DNA from: an uncultured Phycisphaerales bacterium
Lineage (GTDB): Bacteria > Planctomycetota > Phycisphaerae > Tepidisphaerales > Tepidisphaeraceae
NCBI GenBank assembly: GCA_963755915.1
Contig: CAVWLP010000002.1
Coordinates: 3,040,001-3,104,000 of the forward strand
DNA length: 64,000 bases
Direction: 5' to 3'
Part shown: piece after piece, positions 43,130 through 55,037 of the stretch
How positions within the stretch are numbered: the stretch's first letter is position 1
How the letters are laid out: every line of letters starts with the position of its first letter
Notes under the pieces: generated by a model
Databases searched by the model: none
What the model saw: only the letters and a program-made list of their open reading frames with translations
Told to the model about the DNA's origin: nothing
Made by a program: the position numbers and the translations under genes

Positions 43130-44410
43130 ATGAATTTACTGCGGCCCGCTTTTTTCAATCGAATACGGAAATTCCTGCTCGCAATTGTCGGAGCGATGGT
43201 GATCCCGGTACTGACGGGTTGCGGGAATAAGCAGCTAGCGGCGATGGCGCCGCCGCCGGCGGGGGTGACCGTTGCCCATCCGGTTTCCAGGCAGGTTGTG
43301 GAATGGGACACATATACCGGCCATCTGGAATCGCCGGAGCTAGTGAATCTGGAGGCGCGGGTGAGCGGGCTGATCGTTTCGGCGCCGTTTGTGGAGGGGT
43401 CGATGGTTAAGAAGGGGGAGCTGCTTTACGAGATCGATGAGCGGCCGTTCAAGGCCGATCTGGATGCGCGGCTGGCCGACGAACAAAAAGCGGAGGCGGC
43501 GCAGGAGAATGCGAAATTGACTTATGACCGGCTGAAGGCGCTGGAAGACGGGAAGGCGGTTTCGCAACAGGATGTGGACGATGCGAAGGGAAATTACGAT
43601 CAGGCGGTCGCGGCGGTGGCCGCGGCGCGGGCGGGGATTGAAAGTTCGCGTTTGAACCTGGAATGGTGCAAAGTCACGTCGCCGATCGATGGACGGATCA
43701 GCAACAAGCTCGTCAATGTTGGGAACCTGGTGAATGGAGGGGAGGGGGAGGCGACGCTGCTGACGACGGTGGTGTCGGTGTCGCCGATTTATTGCTATGT
43801 GGATATCGACGAGCTTTCGGTGCTGAAATATCAGAAGCTGGTGGAGGAGAAGAAGCGGGTCATTTCGCGGGACGGAAGGTTGCCGTGCAGGGTGCAGTTG
43901 AGCGACGAGGCTGGGTATCCGTACTCGGGATACATTGATTTTCAGGACAATCATGTCGATCCGACGACAGGGACGCTGCGAGCGCGCGGGGTACTTGAGA
44001 ACAAGGATGGGCTGCTTACGCCGGGATTTTTTGCACGGCTGTGCATCCCCGGAAGCGCCCGCTATCAGACGCTGCTGGTGCCGGATACGGCGATTGGGAC
44101 CGATCAGAACCAGCATGTCGTGATGGTGGTGAACAAGGACAACGTCGTCGAGCCGCGGGTGGTGCAGACGGGAGCTTTGTTTGGAGATTTGCGCTCGGTT
44201 GTGTCGGGCATCAGCGCGGAGGATTGGGTGATCACCAACGGGCTGATGCACGCGAGGCCGGGCAGCGCGGTTGCGCCGACGGAGCAGCCGATCCAGGTGG
44301 ATGAATCGGCGTTTATGGATCTGGACACGAAGGATACGCGCGTGGCGATGGACATGAGCAGGGGGGAAACGGGGGCGTCGACGCGGCCGAGCGGTGAGAT
44401 TCATCGATGA
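43130..44410 (+). CDS. RND efflux periplasmic adaptor (MexE-like lipoprotein)
   Basis: LTGC lipobox; ARVSG, EGSMVKKGELLYEID, SPIDGRIS, VDPTTGTLRAR, PGFFAR. Confidence 0.95.
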   Translation: MNLLRPAFFNRIRKFLLAIVGAMVIPVLTGCGNKQLAAMAPPPAGVTVAHPVSRQVVEWDTYTGHLESPELVNLEARVSGLIVSAPFVEGSMVKKGELLYEIDERPFKADLDARLADEQKAEAAQENAKLTYDRLKALEDGKAVSQQDVDDAKGNYDQAVAAVAAARAGIESSRLNLEWCKVTSPIDGRISNKLVNVGNLVNGGEGEATLLTTVVSVSPIYCYVDIDELSVLKYQKLVEEKKRVISRDGRLPCRVQLSDEAGYPYSGYIDFQDNHVDPTTGTLRARGVLENKDGLLTPGFFARLCIPGSARYQTLLVPDTAIGTDQNQHVVMVVNKDNVVEPRVVQTGALFGDLRSVVSGISAEDWVITNGLMHARPGSAVAPTEQPIQVDESAFMDLDTKDTRVAMDMSRGETGASTRPSGEIHR

Positions 44411-47400
44411 AATTGGCGCATTTTTTCATAGAACGGCCGGTATTCGCGGCGGTGCTGTCGATCGTGACGGTGATCGTCGGTGGTCTTGCTATTTTTGCAT
44501 TGCCGATTGCGCAGTATCCGGAAATCGCGCCGCCGACGGTGACGGTGAGCGCCAGTTATCCCGGTGCAAACGCCAAAACGGTTGCCGAAACGGTGGCGAC
44601 GCCGATTGAGGAGCAGATCAACGGCGTCGAGGGGATGCTCTACATGTCGAGCCAGAGCACCAACGACGGCAACATGAAGCTGACGATCACGTTTAAGCTG
44701 GGGACGAATCTGGATATCGCGCAGGTGCAGGTGCAGAACCGGGTGGCGATTGCGCAGCCGGTGCTGCCTTCGGAGGTTCAGCGGGCGGGGATCGTGGTGA
44801 AGAAGGCGTCGCCGGACATTACACTGGCGGTTGCGCTTTATTCGCCGGACGGAAGCCGGGATCCGCTTTATCTGAGCAACTATGCGACGCTGCAGATAAA
44901 AGATGAGCTGGCGCGATTGCCGGGGGTGGGGGATATTTTTGTTTTCGGGGCGCGCGATTATTCGATGCGGATTTGGTTGAATCCCGAGCAGTTGGCAGCG
45001 CGTAATTTGACGGCGGGGGACGTGGTGACGGCGGTGCAGGAGCAGAACGTGCAGGTGGCGGCGGGAATCATCGGCGGCCCGCCGGTGCCGTCGGGGAAGG
45101 CGCCGTTTCAATATACGGTGAACACGCAGGGGCGGCTGGTTGAGCCGAGTGAGTTCGCCAACATCGTCGTTAAAACGGGGAGCGACGGCAGCATCACCCG
45201 ATTGAAGGATGTCGCGCGGGTGGAACTGGGGGCGGCGGATTATTCGACGACGACGCATTTTGACGGCAAGCCGGCGGTGGGAATTCCGATATTCCAATTG
45301 CCCGGCTCCAACGCGATCGAGACGGCCAATGCCATTTACGCCAAGATGGAGGAGCTGAAAAAGGATTTTCCACCGGGCGTGGCGTATTCGATTCCGTACG
45401 ACACGACGATTTTCGTGCGCAGCAGCATTCGGGATGTGGTGAAGACGCTGTTTGAGGCGATTGGGCTGGTGGCGCTGGTGGTGCTGGTATTTTTGCAGAG
45501 CTGGCGGGCATCGCTGGTGCCGCTGCTGGCGATTCCGGTCTCGCTGGTGGGGACTTTTGCGGTGATGGCGGCGTTTGGATTTTCGCTGAACAATCTCTCG
45601 CTGTTTGGGATGGTGCTGGCGATCGGAATCGTGGTGGACGACGCGATCGTGGTGGTCGAAAACGTCGACCGGTGGGTGGAGCATGGGATGGAGCCGAAGC
45701 AGGCGGCGTATCGGGCGATGCGGGAAGTGACGCCGGCGGTGATCGCAATCGCGTTTGGTCTGACGGCGGTGTTTGTGCCGGTGGCGTTTATCAGCGGGAT
45801 CACCGGGCAGTTTTACCGGCAATTCGCGCTGACGATTTCATTTTCGACTTTGCTGTCGGCGTTTAATTCGCTGACGCTGAGCCCGGCGCTGGCGGCGCTG
45901 CTGCTGAAGCCCAATACCGGGAAAAAGGATGTGCTGACGCATGTTTTTGATTTCGCGTTCGGGTGGTTTTTCAAGATTTTTAACCGCGGAATGGAGAAGC
46001 TGAATTCGGGGTATGTGACAATGGTTGGGCACGTGGTGCGTCTGTCGGCAGTGGTGCTGGTGGTTTATGCCGGATTGATCGGGCTTACGTACCTCGGATT
46101 CAGGACGGTGCCGCTGGGATTCATACCGCAGCAGGATCAGGGGTATTTGATCGCCGCGGTGCAATTGCCGGATGCGGCGTCTGTGGATCGGACCGACGCG
46201 GTGCTGTCGCGCATGGAGGAGATGGGCCTGAAAGTGCCGGGTGTTCTGGGGACTTTCTCGATCACGGGATTTAATTTGCTCACCGGCACGAACGAAACCA
46301 ACACCGGCACGATGTTTTTGCCGCTGAAGAATTTCGACGAGCGGGCGAAACATCCGGAGCAGTCGGCCGCAGCGCTCACTGGCAAACTCATGGGAATGTT
46401 CAGCCAGATTCAGGAAGGTTTCTGCCTGGTGCTGCAACCGCCGCCGGTGCAGGGAATTGGGCAGGCCGGGGGTTTCAAGATGCAGGTTGAAGACCGGGCG
46501 GGGCAATCGACGCCCCAGGAGTTGGAGGCGGCGACGGCGGGCTTGATCGCGGATGCGAGGCAGGATCCGCGAATCACTTCGCTTTTCACAACGTTCCATG
46601 CGAGCGTGCCGCAGCTCTACGCCAACGTGGACCGGGAAAAGGCAAAGAAACAGAATGTTTCGCTGTCGGATATTTTCCAGACGCTGCAGGTCTATCTTGG
46701 CAGCTATTACATCAATGACTTCAATTACCTGGGCAGAACATTCAAGGTAATGGCGCAGGCGGATGCGCCGTTTCGAATGCTGGCGACGGATGTGGCACAG
46801 CTCAAAACGCGGAACGCGGCGGGGGCGATGGTTCCGCTGGGCGCCGTCATGGATTTAAAAGACATCGCCGATGCGGACCGAATCAACCGCTACAACCTGC
46901 ATCCATCGGCCGAAATCAACGGGGCGGGAGCACCGGGCGTCAGCAGCGGGCAGGCGCTGGAGATCATGGCGAACCTGGCGAGGAAGGACCTGCCGGCCGG
47001 ATTTACCTACGAATGGACGGAACTGGCGTATCAGGAAGATACGGCAGGAAACACGGCGCTGTGGATTTTCCCGCTTTGCGTGCTGTTCGTATTCCTGACG
47101 CATTCCGCGGAATATGAAAGCTTTGCGCTATCGTCGGCGATCATTCTGATCGTGCCGATGTGTCTGTTGTGCGGGATTACGGGAGTTTACCTGAGCGGTT
47201 TGGACGACAGCATTTTTACGCAGATCGGATTCGTGGTGCTGGCGGGAATGAGCGTGAAAAACGCGGTGCTGATCGTGGAATTTGCGAAACAGCAGCAGGA
47301 GCACAATCCCACGATGCGCGCCGGCGCGGCCGCCATCGAAGCGGCGCGGCTTCGGCTGCGGCCGATTCTTATGACCAGCTTCGCGTTTATCTTTGGCGTT

Positions 47401-47613
47401 CTTCCACTGCTAGTGGCGACCGGCGCCGGTTGGGAAATGCGGCAGGCGCTGGGAACGGTGGTGTTCTACGGAATGATCGGCGTGACCTTCTTCGGATTGT
47501 TTTTGACGCCGGTGTTTTATACCGTGATTCGCAGGCTTGGCGGAGATCGCCCGATTGTCCCACCCGAAGGAAGCGAGCGATCGGAAATCCTGGAGCCGGC
47601 GATGGCGCAATAA
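44407..47613 (+). CDS. HAE1 RND efflux permease (MexF/BepE-like)
   Basis: FFIERPVFA, QYPEIAPP, GIVVDDAIVVVEN, KNAVLIVEFA, RLRPILMTS. Confidence 0.97.
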   Translation: MKLAHFFIERPVFAAVLSIVTVIVGGLAIFALPIAQYPEIAPPTVTVSASYPGANAKTVAETVATPIEEQINGVEGMLYMSSQSTNDGNMKLTITFKLGTNLDIAQVQVQNRVAIAQPVLPSEVQRAGIVVKKASPDITLAVALYSPDGSRDPLYLSNYATLQIKDELARLPGVGDIFVFGARDYSMRIWLNPEQLAARNLTAGDVVTAVQEQNVQVAAGIIGGPPVPSGKAPFQYTVNTQGRLVEPSEFANIVVKTGSDGSITRLKDVARVELGAADYSTTTHFDGKPAVGIPIFQLPGSNAIETANAIYAKMEELKKDFPPGVAYSIPYDTTIFVRSSIRDVVKTLFEAIGLVALVVLVFLQSWRASLVPLLAIPVSLVGTFAVMAAFGFSLNNLSLFGMVLAIGIVVDDAIVVVENVDRWVEHGMEPKQAAYRAMREVTPAVIAIAFGLTAVFVPVAFISGITGQFYRQFALTISFSTLLSAFNSLTLSPALAALLLKPNTGKKDVLTHVFDFAFGWFFKIFNRGMEKLNSGYVTMVGHVVRLSAVVLVVYAGLIGLTYLGFRTVPLGFIPQQDQGYLIAAVQLPDAASVDRTDAVLSRMEEMGLKVPGVLGTFSITGFNLLTGTNETNTGTMFLPLKNFDERAKHPEQSAAALTGKLMGMFSQIQEGFCLVLQPPPVQGIGQAGGFKMQVEDRAGQSTPQELEAATAGLIADARQDPRITSLFTTFHASVPQLYANVDREKAKKQNVSLSDIFQTLQVYLGSYYINDFNYLGRTFKVMAQADAPFRMLATDVAQLKTRNAAGAMVPLGAVMDLKDIADADRINRYNLHPSAEINGAGAPGVSSGQALEIMANLARKDLPAGFTYEWTELAYQEDTAGNTALWIFPLCVLFVFLTHSAEYESFALSSAIILIVPMCLLCGITGVYLSGLDDSIFTQIGFVVLAGMSVKNAVLIVEFAKQQQEHNPTMRAGAAAIEAARLRLRPILMTSFAFIFGVLPLLVATGAGWEMRQALGTVVFYGMIGVTFFGLFLTPVFYTVIRRLGGDRPIVPPEGSERSEILEPAMAQ

Positions 47614-48167
47614 TGGGCAGACACAAGGAATTCACTCGCGAAGAGGTGTTAAAGAAGGCGATTCCCGTCTTTTGGGAGCATGGGTACGCGGACACCGGCG
47701 TGCAGGAACTGGAAAAGGCCACCGGGGTGAACAAGTCGGGGCTCTACTCGGAATTCAAGAGCAAGGAAGATTTGTTTCTTTGCAGTCTGCAGCACTACCT
47801 GGAAACCAGCAGCGGAAGGCGGATTTTGTCGACGGAGCCGTTGGGTTGGAACAACGTGGAGGAGTTGCTGCGGTGCAGCCTGCTTTGTCCGGATGGACAA
47901 AAGGGGTGCTTTGCGATCAGCTCGATGCGGGAGTTTGCGATTTTGCCGCAGAAGGCGCATGAGATTATCGCGCGAAACCGGGCCGAGATGAAGGAATTGC
48001 TGCTGAAGAATGTTCGCGCCGAAAAGCCAAAAACAGATCCGACCGTACTGGCCGAATTGATATCAACCTTTTTTTCTGGGCTTTGCGTTGAACAGAATCT
48101 GGACAGGAAGCGTCCGTCGACCGAGCGGGAAATCCGGGCCCTGATGACGGCGCTGCGAGGCAGTTGA
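47613..48167 (+). CDS. TetR/AcrR family regulator
   Basis: MGRHKEF...FWEHGY...GVNKSGLYSEFKSKEDLF; TAATG overlap with the upstream gene. Confidence 0.93.
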   Translation: MGRHKEFTREEVLKKAIPVFWEHGYADTGVQELEKATGVNKSGLYSEFKSKEDLFLCSLQHYLETSSGRRILSTEPLGWNNVEELLRCSLLCPDGQKGCFAISSMREFAILPQKAHEIIARNRAEMKELLLKNVRAEKPKTDPTVLAELISTFFSGLCVEQNLDRKRPSTEREIRALMTALRGS

Positions 48168-48193
48168 TCGGTCCTTTCGATGGAGCATCAGCA

Positions 48194-50735
48194 GTGAATG
48201 GAAAAAATGCACGTTGGATGGCAGTGGTGATCGCCGTAATTTGCGCGGTTAATTCGAGGGTGATGGGATCGAACAACGTGGATCAATCTTCGATTGAGGC
48301 GCGGGTTGAGCGGCTGCTGGGCGAGATGAACCAGGACGAGAAATTGTCGCTACTGACAGGCACCGGCTTCGCCACAAGGGCGATTCCCCGCCTGGACATC
48401 CCATCGATGGCGATGGCCGATGCCGGCCAGGGAGTCCGGGGCGGCGAGGATCGGACGCTGGGGCCCGCTACCGCGTTCCCTTCGGCCGTAGCGATGGCTG
48501 CAAGCTGGGATTTCGATCTGCTGACCCGGATCGGCGCGGCCATAGGTGACGAAGCTCGGAACAAAAAGACCGGCATACAGATGATGCTCGGGCCGGCGGT
48601 GAACATCCAGCGCTCGCCACTGGGGGGCCGCGATGGGGAATATTTCAGCGAAGACCCATATCTGGCAGGCCGGGCGGCGGTTGCTTTCATCCGGGGAATG
48701 CAGAACACCGGGGTTGGTTCGTGCATTAAGCATTTTGCCTGCAATAACGAGGAAGACGACCGGACGGATGTAAATGTGCGCGTCGGCGAACGCGCCTTGC
48801 GCGAGATTTATCTTCCCGCCTTTGAGGCCGGGGTGCGGGAAGGACACGTCTGGGCCGTCATGAGTTCCTACAACCTAGTCAATGGCTATCACGCTAGCGA
48901 GAACGCTTATCTGCTTCGCGACGTGCTCAAAAATGGGTGGGGGTTTGACGGAGTGGTGATGTCGGACTGGGGCGGCGTCCACCAGACGGATGTAGCCCAG
49001 TACGGAAATGATCTGGAGATGCCCGGCGGTGAGTTCGCGACGGTCGACAAACTGAAGGCCGCGCTTGCGGAGGGAAAACTCACGCAGGCCGCTGTCGACG
49101 ATTCGGTGCGGCGGATTCTGCGAACCATTGTGCGAACGGGTCTGATGGATCCGATGCCGCCCCGCGACCCGGCCGTGGTAAATTCTCCCGCGCATCAGGC
49201 CCTGGCTTTAGAGACGGCGACGAAGGGAATCGTGCTTTTGAAAAACGACGGCTCGCTCTTGCCGATCGACCCGCAGAAGGTTCACTCCATCGCGGTGTTC
49301 GGCGATGCCGCGCAATCCATGATCGTTAACGCCCAGGGGAGCCCCGAAGTGAAGACATTTTTCACTGTGCAGTTCCTCGATGGAATTCGCGCATGCGCGG
49401 GGGCTGATATTTCCGTGAGTTACACTACCGGGGAGTATGACGAACCTGTGCCGGCTTCGGTTGTCACGGCAACGGACGGCGACCAACCGGGATTTACCGC
49501 CGAGTATTTCAACGGCATGAACCTCGAGGGGAAGCCGTTCTTGCAGCGGGTCGATCCGCAAATCCAGTTTGACACCAACCACGCCCCCTGGCCCGGTGTG
49601 CCGAAAGAGCACTTCAGTGCACGGTGGACCGGCTGGCTCACCGCGCCGGAAACGGGGCGTTATCACCTGTTTCTCTCCGGGGATGATGGGTATCGCGTGA
49701 AGCTGGACGGGAAAACGATGATGGATTTCTGGCGCGACGGCATCACCGTGGGACAGGCCGTCGTCGATTTGCAAGCCGGGCGGAAATACGGGCTGCAAAT
49801 AGATTATTTTCAGGACGGAGGCGCGGCGACGGCCAAGCTGAGCTGGATCACGCCGGGCAGTAAACTTTTTCAGCCGGCGATTGAAGCGGTGCGCCAGGCC
49901 GACCTGGCCGTCGTTTGCGTTTCGACGGGGCAGGAGGAAGGTGAAGGGCATGACCGCCAGACAATGGATTTGCCCGCTGGTCAGGATGAGCTTATCTCCG
50001 CGGTAGCGGCGGCAAACAGGAACACGGTCGTGGTAATGAACAACGGCGCCCCCGTGACGCTGACGCCGTGGATCAGCGGCGTGCCGGCGGTGCTGGAGAC
50101 GTGGTTTCCCGGCGAGGAGGGGGGCGCCGCCCTGGCGAAAATTCTCTTTGGCGACATAAATCCCTCCGGCAAGCTGCCGACGACTTTTGGCGCGGCGCGA
50201 GGACTATCCCGATTACGGTCATTTTCATGGCGTGAATGGCACAGTCGACTATGCCGAAGGCATCTACGTCGGATATCGACACTTCGACAAGGCTGGCATC
50301 GAGCCGGTCTTTCCTTTCGGATACGGCCTGTCCTATACGACCTTCACGTATTCGAATCCGCAGCTCTCATCCGCAAACATGGAGGACGGACAATCGGTGA
50401 CGGCAAGCGTGGATGTGACGAATACCGGTTCGCGAGCAGGGGATGAAGTTGTCGAGCTGTTTGTGCACGATCCGCAGCCGCGCATCGATAAGTCGGTTCG
50501 GGAGCTGAAAGGTTTCGCGCGTCTTTCCCTGGCCCCCGGTCAAACCGGCACGGCGGCCTTTACGCTCAGTCCGAGGGATTTGGCTTATTTCGATGTGCCG
50601 GGAAAGCAGTGGAAAGCCGACGCCGGGTTGTATGACGTTGAATTCGCGGCATCATCGCGCGATATCCGCCAGAAGATGTCATTGAAATTGCGACGGACGT
50701 GGACGCAATCAGTTCCCCTTTCTCAGCAATTTTGA
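48194..50735 (+). CDS. GH3 beta-glucosidase with PA14 and Fn3-like domains, frameshift near 50195
   Basis: ADAGQGVR, EYFSEDP, IKHFACN, VMSDW, GIVLLKN, PA14 SDDG-like, YAEGIYVGYR, FPFGYGLSYT. Confidence 0.93.
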
Positions 50736-51017
50736 TTTGCCCCCTTTGGCCGACAGCCGGGGCAATCGCGAGCATTTCTGAAGCCGATTTTGAAGCACCT
50801 AATTCATTTGCAGCGTGCAATGATTTTGTCAATCCACAGTCGGAGAGATTGCTGAACCCGCTTCCATTGCTCAAATATTTCCCTTCGTTTTCGCAGGTGA
50901 CGAATTGGTGGGGACTACGACAAAGTGTCTATTCAATGTTTTGCCGGCATTGGTCGATACTACCTTTGTAGCCCGATCGCAAATCGCCGGAGAAACAGCC
51001 ACATGCCGGGGTGTGTG

Positions 51018-51713
51018 ATGCGTGAAACCAATCAAATGGCCGAATCGATTATTCGGCTCCTTGACGACAACCAACTCCAGTCGGTCAAGACGAATTACGC
51101 CGACGGCGAGACAATCTTTGCCGCCGGTCAGCCCGCAACGAATTTTTATATCATCGAATCGGGCGAGGTTCACGTATTCGCCTCGATGGATGCCCGCAAG
51201 CAGGACCAGCTTCTGGACATTTTCGGCCCCAGGCAATGCTTCGGATTCACAGCGCTTGGTCGCCTGCCAAATTACGGCAAAACGACGAAATCCGTTGGCC
51301 CGTCAGTGCTTTACGTGATTGACGCGGATCATTTGCGGCAGGTGATCGTCGCCCGCAGCGACCTCACGCTTCAGCTCGTTGAGACGATGGCCCGTCAGCT
51401 CTATCTGTCGTGGGCCGCCCAGCGCGATTTCGTGTGCTCGGATTGCCGCCATCGGTTAATCAAAGCCCTGCTGCGGTTTCGCAATTCGCCGGTGGCGGAG
51501 CCTAGCGCCGACGGCGTGCGATTGCACATGACCCACGCGCAGCTTGCCGAGGCTATTGGTGTCGCCCGGGAAACCGTCAGTACCTGCCTGATTCAATTGC
51601 GTCACGAAAACCTGGTCCAGACGGGCAGGAATTGCATCATTTTCAATCCACTCGATCTTTCCAGGATTTGCCCGGAAGATCATTCGCTGCCAAGTTCAAC
51701 GATGGCGGTTTAA
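51018..51713 (+). CDS. Crp/Fnr family regulator
   Basis: GETIF, FYIIESGEV, MTHAQLAEAIGVARETVS. Confidence 0.9.
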   Translation: MRETNQMAESIIRLLDDNQLQSVKTNYADGETIFAAGQPATNFYIIESGEVHVFASMDARKQDQLLDIFGPRQCFGFTALGRLPNYGKTTKSVGPSVLYVIDADHLRQVIVARSDLTLQLVETMARQLYLSWAAQRDFVCSDCRHRLIKALLRFRNSPVAEPSADGVRLHMTHAQLAEAIGVARETVSTCLIQLRHENLVQTGRNCIIFNPLDLSRICPEDHSLPSSTMAV

Positions 51714-51934
51714 ACGGCCTGATTCCATCATTCTGATTTCATCGTTCACATCGCAAAAACTGTAGCTCTCCATATTAGAAGATTCTGTGCGCAATAAGCT
51801 ATAAAGACCTGCGCCGGCATAGCCGAAAGAATTGATATGAGAAGCTGTCGCGGGGAATAATCCGCGCCTGTTTATCGCATTGATTTGGGATGTTGGATCG
51901 ACGTTTAGGCGGGAAGAATGTCTGGGAGCCAGGC

Positions 51935-53671
51935 ATGAAATCGATCCTGATTGTGGACGACCAGGCGGTGCTTCGGGAGCCGCTGGCGGCAAGCCTGCGG
52001 CAGGTCGGGCACACCGTCGAATGTGCCGCCAATGGCAAGGAGGCCATCGAAGTGCTTCACAAATTTCATCCTGATCTGATCCTGCTCGATGTCGCGATGC
52101 CGACAATGGACGGCATCGCGTTCCTCCGGCGGCTGCGCGCCAAACCGACGCATGCCGGCACGCGGGTGATTCTGCTCACCGTCGTCAGTGCCAGGGATCA
52201 GGTTCTGGCCGCAAGGTCGCTGGGGGTTAAGGAATATATTTTAAAGGCAAACTTCCGGCTGGCGGAATTGGTGGAGCGAATCGAAAAGGGCGACGGAAAA
52301 CCTGCATCGGAACAAAAAACTGCTTCGCCAACCGGGGCTAAGGGCCAACCCGCTAGCGCGAATGTCGCGTCGGGGAAGAAGGCCGGGGATATTCCGCAGC
52401 TTATGTCTCGGGATCAACTGCTTGAAAAGGTGGAGCGGGTATTCCAGACCAAGACGCTTTCTGGGGTCGTCGCCGAGGTCATCGCGACGGCAAGCTCCGA
52501 TCGTGGCGAGACGAGCCAGTTGGCGACGCTGATTTCGCGGGATCCGATGCTATCGGCGCGGGTTCTTCAGGTCGCCAACAGCGCGTCCTACGCGAACGGC
52601 ACGCCGGTGACAACCGTCGCCGACGCGATACGAAAAGTGGGGTACACGGCGATTCGGAACATCGCCGCCGCGCTGGGCGTTTTTGACTGCATGCCGGAGG
52701 CTGGAAAAGACGGCTTCAGCCCGATCCATTGCTGGCAGCATTCATTCGCGGTTGCCCAGGTGTGCGAAATGTTCGCCACTGAGGGGCAATTGAAACAACC
52801 GGGGCTGGCCTACCTGGTTGGGTTGTGTCATGACCTGGGGGACATCTTCATTCACACGCAGTTTGCCGAGGAGTATCGGAAAGTGATCGACCTGGCGGCG
52901 CAAACCGGTCGGCCTAGGGAAGAACTGTTTGGCGTGATGATGGGGATGACGCCGTCGCAGATGATCGCGGCGGTGCACAAATGCCTGCTGCTGCCGCAGA
53001 CGATCTGCAAGCCCATCGAAATGCTTCACACGGGGAACGGCGCGAAATCGGACGACGCGCTGACGCGGGTTCTGTGGATGGCGGAAAACTATGCCAACGC
53101 GGTGATGCTTGCATCGAGCCCCAGTTCGAACGTAGCGCCGCTGACGCAGCAGTTTTGCCGTGCGACAGTAGGGCAGCCGAGCCCCAAGCGGCCCGATCCG
53201 GCCAAGATGCGCGCAGAGGTCGTTGCGCTGACGGTGGCCTTGGCGCGGCTCTCGCGGCAGGAGGAGCGTAAGCTGCTCGCGCCGATGTTCAAGATGCAGA
53301 AGGGGAGCCTCTACATCGCCCGAAGTGCGGGCATTTCCGAATTCGATCCCATCGAACTGGCCCTTGAATCCCTGGTGAAGACCAAACTGGGCGATCGCCT
53401 GCCGGCGAATCGCGAGGCTGACGGATTCGGCGGCATGCTGGTGATCTCCGCCTCAACGGAGCAGGCGGGGTTCTCCAAAATGGAAATCGAGAGTGTGGCG
53501 GCGAAGTATCGCGTGGGCGGACGGGCGTTTCCCGTTGTGTTGGTTGCTCCCGACGCGAAACAAACCGATGGTGCCGCGGAGAATCCCTGGCGAGTGGAGC
53601 TGGCGCTTTCGGATCTTGTCGGATTTGTCGAAAAGCTCGACAAAGGCGCGGCTGTGCAGGCCGCGGCGTGA
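51935..53671 (+). CDS. Response regulator with HDOD domain
   Basis: ILIVDD, DLILLDVAMP; DPMLSARVLQVANS, WQHS, GLCHDLG. Confidence 0.9.
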   Translation: MKSILIVDDQAVLREPLAASLRQVGHTVECAANGKEAIEVLHKFHPDLILLDVAMPTMDGIAFLRRLRAKPTHAGTRVILLTVVSARDQVLAARSLGVKEYILKANFRLAELVERIEKGDGKPASEQKTASPTGAKGQPASANVASGKKAGDIPQLMSRDQLLEKVERVFQTKTLSGVVAEVIATASSDRGETSQLATLISRDPMLSARVLQVANSASYANGTPVTTVADAIRKVGYTAIRNIAAALGVFDCMPEAGKDGFSPIHCWQHSFAVAQVCEMFATEGQLKQPGLAYLVGLCHDLGDIFIHTQFAEEYRKVIDLAAQTGRPREELFGVMMGMTPSQMIAAVHKCLLLPQTICKPIEMLHTGNGAKSDDALTRVLWMAENYANAVMLASSPSSNVAPLTQQFCRATVGQPSPKRPDPAKMRAEVVALTVALARLSRQEERKLLAPMFKMQKGSLYIARSAGISEFDPIELALESLVKTKLGDRLPANREADGFGGMLVISASTEQAGFSKMEIESVAAKYRVGGRAFPVVLVAPDAKQTDGAAENPWRVELALSDLVGFVEKLDKGAAVQAAA

Positions 53672-53731
53672 AAAATCGTATCACCGCCCGCTTCGCTAGA
53701 GATCCTGGCGCGGGCTGCGCCCGCAACCCAA

Positions 53732-53773
53732 CGGAAATAGAATCTCACGCAGAGGGGCGGAGGCGCTGAGAAT
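53732..53773 (+). repeat. REP-like repeat (CGGAAATAGAATCTCACGCAGAGG...), related to 59307-59340
   Basis: Near-identical 23-24 bp core; both copies are preceded by a GGCGCGG hairpin. Confidence 0.6.
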
Positions 53774-53889
53774 CTGAATGGTCACCCGATGCAGTTGTGG
53801 GCGCAGTGCTCGAGCTTAATATTTCCGAAAACCCGCATCGGGACATTCGATATCGCTGAAGTTTGGGGGCCACAACGCAGTGCCAATGC

Positions 53890-55037
53890 ATGAGTACTGA
53901 CGCACGAACACGGGGGGGGAGAAGTCGTCGCGGCCGCCCAATCTGCGGCTTGCAACTCTGGACGATTACGAGCAAATCACCCGGCTCGAGGCTTCGGTTG
54001 GAATGCAGACGCGATCGGCCGACGACTGGCGTGCGATGTGGCTGAAGAATCCGCTCTGGCCACGGATCGGCAAGGATTGGCCGATCGGATGGATCCTGGA
54101 GGACACGACCGGGCGGGTCGTTGGATCGGTGATGAGCGTACCTTCGCTCTATCAGTTTCGCGGCCGCGAATTGATGTGCGCCACCGGACGCTCCTGGGTC
54201 ATGGCGCCAGAGTATCGCGGCTACGGCCTCTGGATCATGTCCGAGTATTTGAGCTTTGAGAAGGCCGATCTGTTTATGCACAACACCGTGGGGGAGATGG
54301 CCATCGGCGTGTTGGACCAGGTATCCAGGAGGGTGCCGCTGGGGGATTGGGAGACGATTGCATATTGGGTGACGGCGTATCGCGCCTTTGCGAAAACGGC
54401 GTTGACAAAGTACGGAGCGCCGTCCGCGCTGGCCGGCGTGCTTGCCTATCCGGCCGCGGCGGCGATGCGCCTCAAGGATGCGCTGTCAGTTAAATCGTTG
54501 CCGCCCGCGCCGGGGTCGATCACCATCGAGACCATTGAGCAGTTCGATGCACGCTTCGACGCATTCTGGCAGGAAATGGTTCGCGAAAATCCGGACAAGC
54601 TGCTGGCGGGTCGCGACAGCGAGACGCTGAGGTGGCATTACATGCTGCCGATGCGCGACGGCCGGGTCTGGATTTATACCGCGACACGCAGCGGCCTGCT
54701 TCGCGCCTACTGCATTCTCAAACGCCATGAATTGCCTGGAAATCTCAGCCGCATGCGGGTGATTGACTTCCAGTCGCTCGATCGGGACGAGGATTTGCTT
54801 CCGGGCCTGCTGGAAGCCGCGCGGCGGCGCTGCGTGGCAGAGGGAATCGGCATGCTGGAACATCAAGGATGCGGCTTGCCAAAGATGCGCGCCCTCGATC
54901 AGCACGCGCCCTATCGGCGCAAGCTGGGGAATTGGCCTTATTTCTGTACCGTGCCCGACCCGGCGCTGAAGGCGGAATTGAGCAAGCCGGAGATTTGGGA
55001 TCCGTCAGCGTTCGATGGAGATGTCAGTCTCGAATAG
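53890..55037 (+). CDS. GNAT-fold (double GNAT-like) acyl/aminoacyl-transferase, frameshift near the 5' end
   Basis: LRLATLDDYEQI, WLKNP, WVMAPEYRGYG (GNAT motif A-like), FDARFDAFW, RDSETLRWHY. Confidence 0.65.

Noticed and set aside
43340-46599. Long antisense ORFs opposite the RND genes (also 21040..22413, 55517..56773, 24519..25463)
   Set aside because: Shadow ORFs of high-GC coding strands with Arg/His/Pro-rich composition and no motifs
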